Under the pieces are notes generated by a model. The model made no database searches. It saw only the letters and a program-made list of their open reading frames with translations, and was not told where the DNA came from. Below, one piece after another: positions 56,592-64,000 of a DNA stretch of 64,000 bases. Made by a program: the position numbers and the translations under genes. The DNA lies in NCBI GenBank assembly GCA_951406725.2, contig OX597816.1:49972001-50036000 (forward strand), given 5' to 3'. Source of the stretch: Octopus vulgaris. Lineage: Eukaryota. How positions within the stretch are numbered: the stretch's first letter is position 1; each line of letters begins with the position of its first letter.

Positions 56592-56797
56592 CAAGTTTCG
56601 TATGTGAACAGGTCGCGATTTCAAAGCGACGAAAATATTATGACAAATGAAATTTAAATGTTGAAATGAAACTGACGTGTGTTCTTGGATGACTTGAAAA
56701 CATCTTGCACGCTAGAAGTATTTATATATATATATATATATATAAATATTATTTGTATGTATATATGTGTAAATAAATACGAGTATATATGTATGTA

Positions 56798-56846
<49 letters not shown>

Positions 56847-56899
56847 ATGTATATATATATATACATATATATATATGTTTATATATACATATGTGTATA

Positions 56900-56932
<33 letters not shown>

Positions 56933-56942
56933 TGTGTGTATA

Positions 56943-58272
<1,330 letters not shown>

Positions 58273-58276
<4 letters not shown>

Positions 58277-58410
58277 AAATTTACACAAGAACAAAAGACG
58301 ACGAAGACAGGTGTATAAACAACAAGGAGGTGTAATAGCTTGACGCTTGGAAAGGTGAGAAAGTCTTTTACGTTTCGAGCCTACGTTCTTCAAGATAAAG
58401 GAACACATGC
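58273..58410 (-). mobile_element. Family D pseudo-LTR-type repeat
   Basis: Reverse complement TTGAAGAACGTAGGCTCGAAACGTAAAAGAC; abuts (TA)n. Confidence 0.65.
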
Positions 58411-58819
58411 GCTCAAATCCCTTCTCATCTTCATCTGATTCCTCTCCTCTCCTCTTCACTTTTCATCTGACATCTACTTCCTGTTTTCATTCCTGCCAAC
58501 CTCTCCTCTCCTCTCTTATCCTGACACCTACTTCAAAATTAATATCGTTCACTAGATGACAATGGCACTCATCCTTTAATTTTGACTCTATATTTTCAGG
58601 TGGAGTTACCTCAATCCTTTCTATATTAACAACAACAACAAGAACAACAATAATAATATATATGTGTGTGTGTGTTTAATGTACGTCAAAGGTAGATTGG
58701 CAATTTTAGACACAGAGAGGGAGAGAGGGAGACGAGAGGGAGACGAGAGGGAGACGAGAAAGCCCACACTCAGGGAAGGAGAATGAGAGAAAGTGAAGAA
58801 CGAATATATATACACCGAG

Positions 58820-59277
58820 ATTGAGGATCGTTATCGAAAATTTGATATATTTTAAGTCATCTGTGATGGAAACGCTTCAGTTTATTAAGCGTCTGATCAT
58901 TTAATTCCTATATGAATTGCTTATACAGAGCGTGATATGTTTGATGAGCGCATTCTCGTTCATTTAGTTTAATTATTTATAATTATGCATCTTGTGCGAG
59001 TAGCCTAACGGTTAGAGTGCTACACTCACAATCACGACAGCGTGGTTTCAATTCCTGAACCAGGTGGTGGAGTGAGTTCTTGAGCAAAACATTTTATCGC
59101 TTGCTTCCACACCTAACGCGTGGTACACAGTGCATCTGCTCAGGCAACGTCGATTTAATGGTGGCAATGAGATAATGTACAGCATATGCATTTGTTTACT
59201 ATAGAGAAAGCATTTGTGCAGGGTATATTCAACAAAACACTGCAGAACCGCCTGTCTCGGCCTACGAGAGACTACCG
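58820..59277 (+). repeat. Diverged local direct duplication, copy 2 (with tRNA-SINE at about 58994)
   Basis: See 55996-56435. Confidence 0.75.
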
Positions 59278-59917
59278 CGCGCGTGTGTGAATTTATTGAT
59301 ATTAGTGTATATTTCATCATTATATCTTGCGGAATATATGTAAGCAAGCGTGTGCCTGAAACCTCTTCTCATCGCACGCTTCTTCTAAACAACTTATTTA
59401 ACAAGTAACAAATTGCAGGCACAGAAATAACTTTACTAATGATACTTAGTAAATTTGAACCCATTCTTTTATCCTCTTAGCAAACCGATTGAGTTCAACC
59501 TCTCCTTTCACTGAATAGGAAATATGACAAACATAAACTATAAAATACAAACGATATGCACTCTCACATACCATATAACAAGTATACAGCCTGATTCTCA
59601 TTTAGAATATATTTTAAAAATATTGTTTTATCATTTGATTAAGGCGTTTGAGTGATATTACGCACCTATAAGTACGTTTTATTATCTTTTTATGAGAAAT
59701 AATATTGTAATTGTGATTAATAGTACGCTACTATTTCATCAAAGACAGCGACGTGTGTTATCATATTTGGTGATGAAACAGTCTTGTCGAGTAGATATAT
59801 TCTTAGAATCATTTATTTTTCAGTATGCTTTGGCATCTAGATACACACACACAAACACACCCACACATTCACACACATTGGCAAAAATACCCAATTGAAT
59901 ACACAAAAACGCATGTC

Positions 59918-59991
<74 letters not shown>

Positions 59992-60329
59992 GACCTCTAT
60001 ATATGCATATATATGTATATATATATAGACATATATGTGTGTGTATACATATATATATATATGTATAGATGTGTATATATGATAATAAAAATAATATATA
60101 AATATATGCGTATATACATACATATATGTACATACCTACATTTTTTTGATGCCCTGTAGACATATATGCATGTATATATATACATATATATGTATGTAGA
60201 TATATGTATGCATATATGCATATATTTGTATATTATTTATATTATTATGTGATCGAACGCCAACGCATTTCCATGTATGTTTTATCTACCAATTAATCAA
60301 TCAATCAATCTATCAATCTATCTTATATA

Positions 60330-60390
<61 letters not shown>

Positions 60391-60399
60391 TTATATATA

Positions 60400-60454
<55 letters not shown>

Positions 60455-61142
60455 TGTGTAATGCATGGAGGAGGAAATATACAATATACAATATACTATA
60501 AATAACAAAGATGACTATGTTGACGATGATGATTATTTTGATAATGCAATTATAATGGCAATGATATTACCAATAACAATGAAAAGATCTTAACGTGAGA
60601 GTGTAGCACAGGATAATAATATATTTATATATATACATATGTATATACATATATATATATATATGTATATGGATATATTCGTATACACAAATGGAAATAT
60701 ACTTATATATATATATGCGTGTGTGTGTGTGTATGTGAGTGCATGCAAGTATGTGCACATATATGCATCGCGAAACGAGCGAGAGAGAGAAGGAGAGAGA
60801 TAGTCGCAAATTTTAAAAAATGCTATGATTAAGCAAAATGTCCCCAAGTTGAAGGAGAGACATGAATAAATATTTGAAAGACGGAAAACTAGAAAATGAC
60901 GCTCAGAAAATAAGTTAGTTGTGGAAATTTGTATCCTTTTGGGAATTTCCCGGTGTGATTATGTGTTTTGTAATCTAATATTCTTAAATATATTCAGGAA
61001 AATCAACTAGTTTAGTTGCTGTGTGTTAAACATTCGTTTTGTTTTTACCGATATTTTGCGTGTATAACATAAATTTATCAGACTCATTTAAAACACCAAA
61101 TTTTCTATCAGAAATTTTACAGGACAGAACAATAACCACCGC

Positions 61143-61166
61143 AATAATAATAATAATATTATTATT

Positions 61167-61217
<51 letters not shown>

Positions 61218-61290
61218 CATAATCATAATAATAATAATAATAATAATACTAATATTAATAATAATAATAATGATGATGATGATGATGATG

Positions 61291-61344
<54 letters not shown>

Positions 61345-61351
61345 GATGATA

Positions 61352-61411
<60 letters not shown>
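61143..61411 (+). repeat. Long imperfect (TAA)n tract
   Basis: Seen directly; another tract at 61838-61931. Confidence 0.95.
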
Positions 61412-61489
61412 CTCTCTCTCACTCTCTTTTGTCTGCAAGGATGCTCCTCCGGTTCTCCTTAAAGGATGCTGTTGCATCACCGGTTATTT

Positions 61490-61722
61490 GGGACAACCTA
61501 ATATGTACAGGCCGGACTAACGTAACGATTCCTTGGGACTTTCCAGTATATACAAACCGGATCATCAAAGTAAAAGACCCATATATTGTTGTAAAAGCCC
61601 AAAACAAAAAGTCTGTTTATTGATTGATATGAGCATACCCTGTGATCATAATATCTAAAGAAAAGAAAACCTGAAAAAATATAATGATTTGTTAATCGAA
61701 ATCGAAAAGATGTGGCATCTCG
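61490..61722 (+). mobile_element. Decayed R4/Dong REL endonuclease fragment
   Basis: VTIPWDFPVYTNRIIK...LLIDMSIPCDHNI...KYNDLLIEIEKMWHL across frameshifts. Confidence 0.7.
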
Positions 61723-61838
61723 AAAGAATAAAGGTCAAAGTAGACCTTGGTGGAATTTGAAGTTAGGACCTAACGGTAAACCATATAAAGCTTATCATTT
61801 CGTCCGGCGTGCTGACGATTCTGCCAGCTCGCCACCTT
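61722..61838 (-). mobile_element. SINE family B 5' portion
   Basis: GGCGTGCTGACGATTCTGCCAGCTCGCCACC is the reverse complement of the family B head. Confidence 0.7.
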
Positions 61839-61856
61839 AATAATAATAATAATAAT

Positions 61857-61931
<75 letters not shown>

Positions 61932-62169
61932 CCATTCTAATATATGGAAAAGGCTTGAAATTTGGATTTTTGTGGGGACTCTGAAATGATGAAAGGCAAG
62001 GTAAAGATGGACAAAATACTGCTAAGCATCATCCACTAAACATCGTATGCCTTAGCATCAACAATAACAACAGTAGCAGTAGCAGTAGCAGCAGCAACAA
62101 CAACAACAACAACATTAACCATCTTAATTTCCATATCTACAGAATATACAAAGCCATAACATGTTTTCT

Positions 62170-63385
62170 TACAACCTTAAAAGCCTTGCCTTAATGCAAG
62201 AATATTGCAGAGAATGAAGTAATATTTAGAAGAAAACATCCTGGTTGTTGAAGGAAAGAGTGGATGCTATCAAGAATAATTTGCAAACAGGTTTTCAGCA
62301 ACAAACAAAAGAGTGTATTGGAAAAATAAAGGCCATCCGCGTTAGAAGAATATGCCAAAGAGACTCGCTATTTGTCCTTTCCTTTTCTCTCTGGACTGAC
62401 GTTTTTAACTGACATGCTAACCAAAACTGAGATGAACAAGTGACAGTGAATGCGCAAGAAGATTGAGTCATGATGAGAAGGAAATTCTAGAAATGTTTTG
62501 CTGTAAAATGCGAGGGGTTAACAATAAAGTACCAGAAAATGTAAGATCTATGGACAAAGGAAAAATAAGGAGAGCCATAGGCAACATAAATGGCGTTTTG
62601 AGATGAGCTACAACAGAGCACCTTAGTGAAACAAACCAAATAACCATAGGTGCTGTTAATGATGCAAATGACATAATAGGAAACAAGTGAAAGATTGTTG
62701 AAGAAAAGAAAGGGAAAGAAAGGAAGGAACCAAACTGAAGAAAGAGAATACGAATGAAATTGGAAAAGACCCGGAGAGAACTGGGGCATTAAATAGGATA
62801 ATGAGAGGAGAACGCATGAATCAGGTAGTAATCAGACATTTTTAATGTGTAGTATAGGTAAGATGAAATGGTAATGGCGTTAAAGGGCAAATTGAAACGA
62901 TATGTTGTTAGATGCGAAGGTTTTGAGCATAACATATTGCTTCAAATGAAATAGTAGGCGTAATTTTGAGGAAATAGAGGGATAACGACTTAATTGAGTG
63001 ATTCATCATGTTGAAGAAAGGAAGTAAAATATTTGCAGAAGAACTTCGGAACAGGACAGCGTGGCCTGCAGAAAGGGCAGAGTTGCTGACACAAGCGGAG
63101 AGACAACTTCCAACTGTGTTAAGACAAATGGACGTTAGAATTGATATCTGTTCGCTGAGACTGAAGTTTAAAAAATAGAAAATTCAAAAGGACCATGCCC
63201 ACATGGAGTGCAAGCTAAATAATTTTACTTAGTTGCATGAAAGGATGGTTGGCGACCTTGATGAATATCTGCAGCAGAAACTCGTCTGTACCTGGATGAC
63301 AAGTTGCCGAAAGCTGTTATCTCCCAAGGACTCCTTGAAAAGCAAATTGGTATCAAAATGTCCGACCTATAACTTGTTTATCACT
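62170..63385 (+). mobile_element. Heavily decayed R4/Dong-type LINE, N-terminal to early RT region
   Basis: Fragments EPN*RKRI, KLKRYV.R...F..N.L, K.P.PHGVQ (KAPGPDG-like), WMT, RPITCL. Confidence 0.55.
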
Positions 63386-64000
63386 TAAAAACACAATTAC
63401 ACTAACCGCTAATGGAACTGTCCTCTCTCTATTCTCCTCTCTCAAAACTTCAGTCGCATGCTAAGATTTAGCCCCTTTTCTAGGATCATGCTTCTCAGTC
63501 TAGCTCATCTACACCACCTACTCTTGTACCCTCACTACAAGTGAAAATTAAAAACGTTGATCAATCGTTGGACAATGTGGTAGATATCTCTCTTCCGTCA
63601 CTCTAATCGGGTTCAGCTCCTTTCACTAAGGCCTCACTTTTCCGGCGAAAGAAAGGGGGCGGGACGATCTGCAGAGTGGATGCGGTTTATAGCCCTATCC
63701 GTCCTAAACGCAGTAGCAAGGTTTCAGCATAACTCCCAAGTACGCAATGTTTGGGCCCATGATGAATTTGTGCAGAAGTTTCTTTTGTCTAAACGCGTCT
63801 CATATAGGCGCAGATGATAACACTTTCATACTGCAAGGAACAAAATCTGCCGCCACCCAGCATGGAATTCCCCCATGGTAGCACAGCTAGATCAGACATT
63901 TCTGGAATTATCCATAGGTTCTAGTCCGGAAGTTCTCCGCAACAGATCAATCATCTATTTTCTCTGTCTAGTTTCCATGAGATATGTACCTCATCAACTT

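Overview
AT-rich eukaryotic non-coding DNA saturated with microsatellites [(TA)n, (TACA)n, (CA)n, (TAA)n, (TAC)n] and retroposon debris. The SINE repertoire resembles Octopus/coleoid cephalopod DNA (recognition from memory, not a search). No host protein-coding exon could be supported, and almost all ORF-track entries are microsatellite translations. Recognisable elements: (i) R4/Dong-type RT + restriction-like-endonuclease LINEs, mostly seated in or beside (TAA)n, including a head-to-tail triple array at 42.7-47.3 kb, plus a (TAA)n-flanked non-coding companion repeat; (ii) decayed CR1/Jockey-group and RTE LINEs; (iii) maT/mariner transposase remnants; (iv) a probable non-autonomous Helitron; (v) several tRNA-derived SINE families. 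The most notable signal is at least six unrelated short elements, mostly embedded in (TA)n, that carry type I hammerhead ribozyme motifs. Most are divergent inverted (foldback) pairs with a one-sided tail, as expected for Penelope-like pseudo-LTR derivatives. One family shows a conserved non-canonical U at core position 6. All alignments and folds were done by eye.
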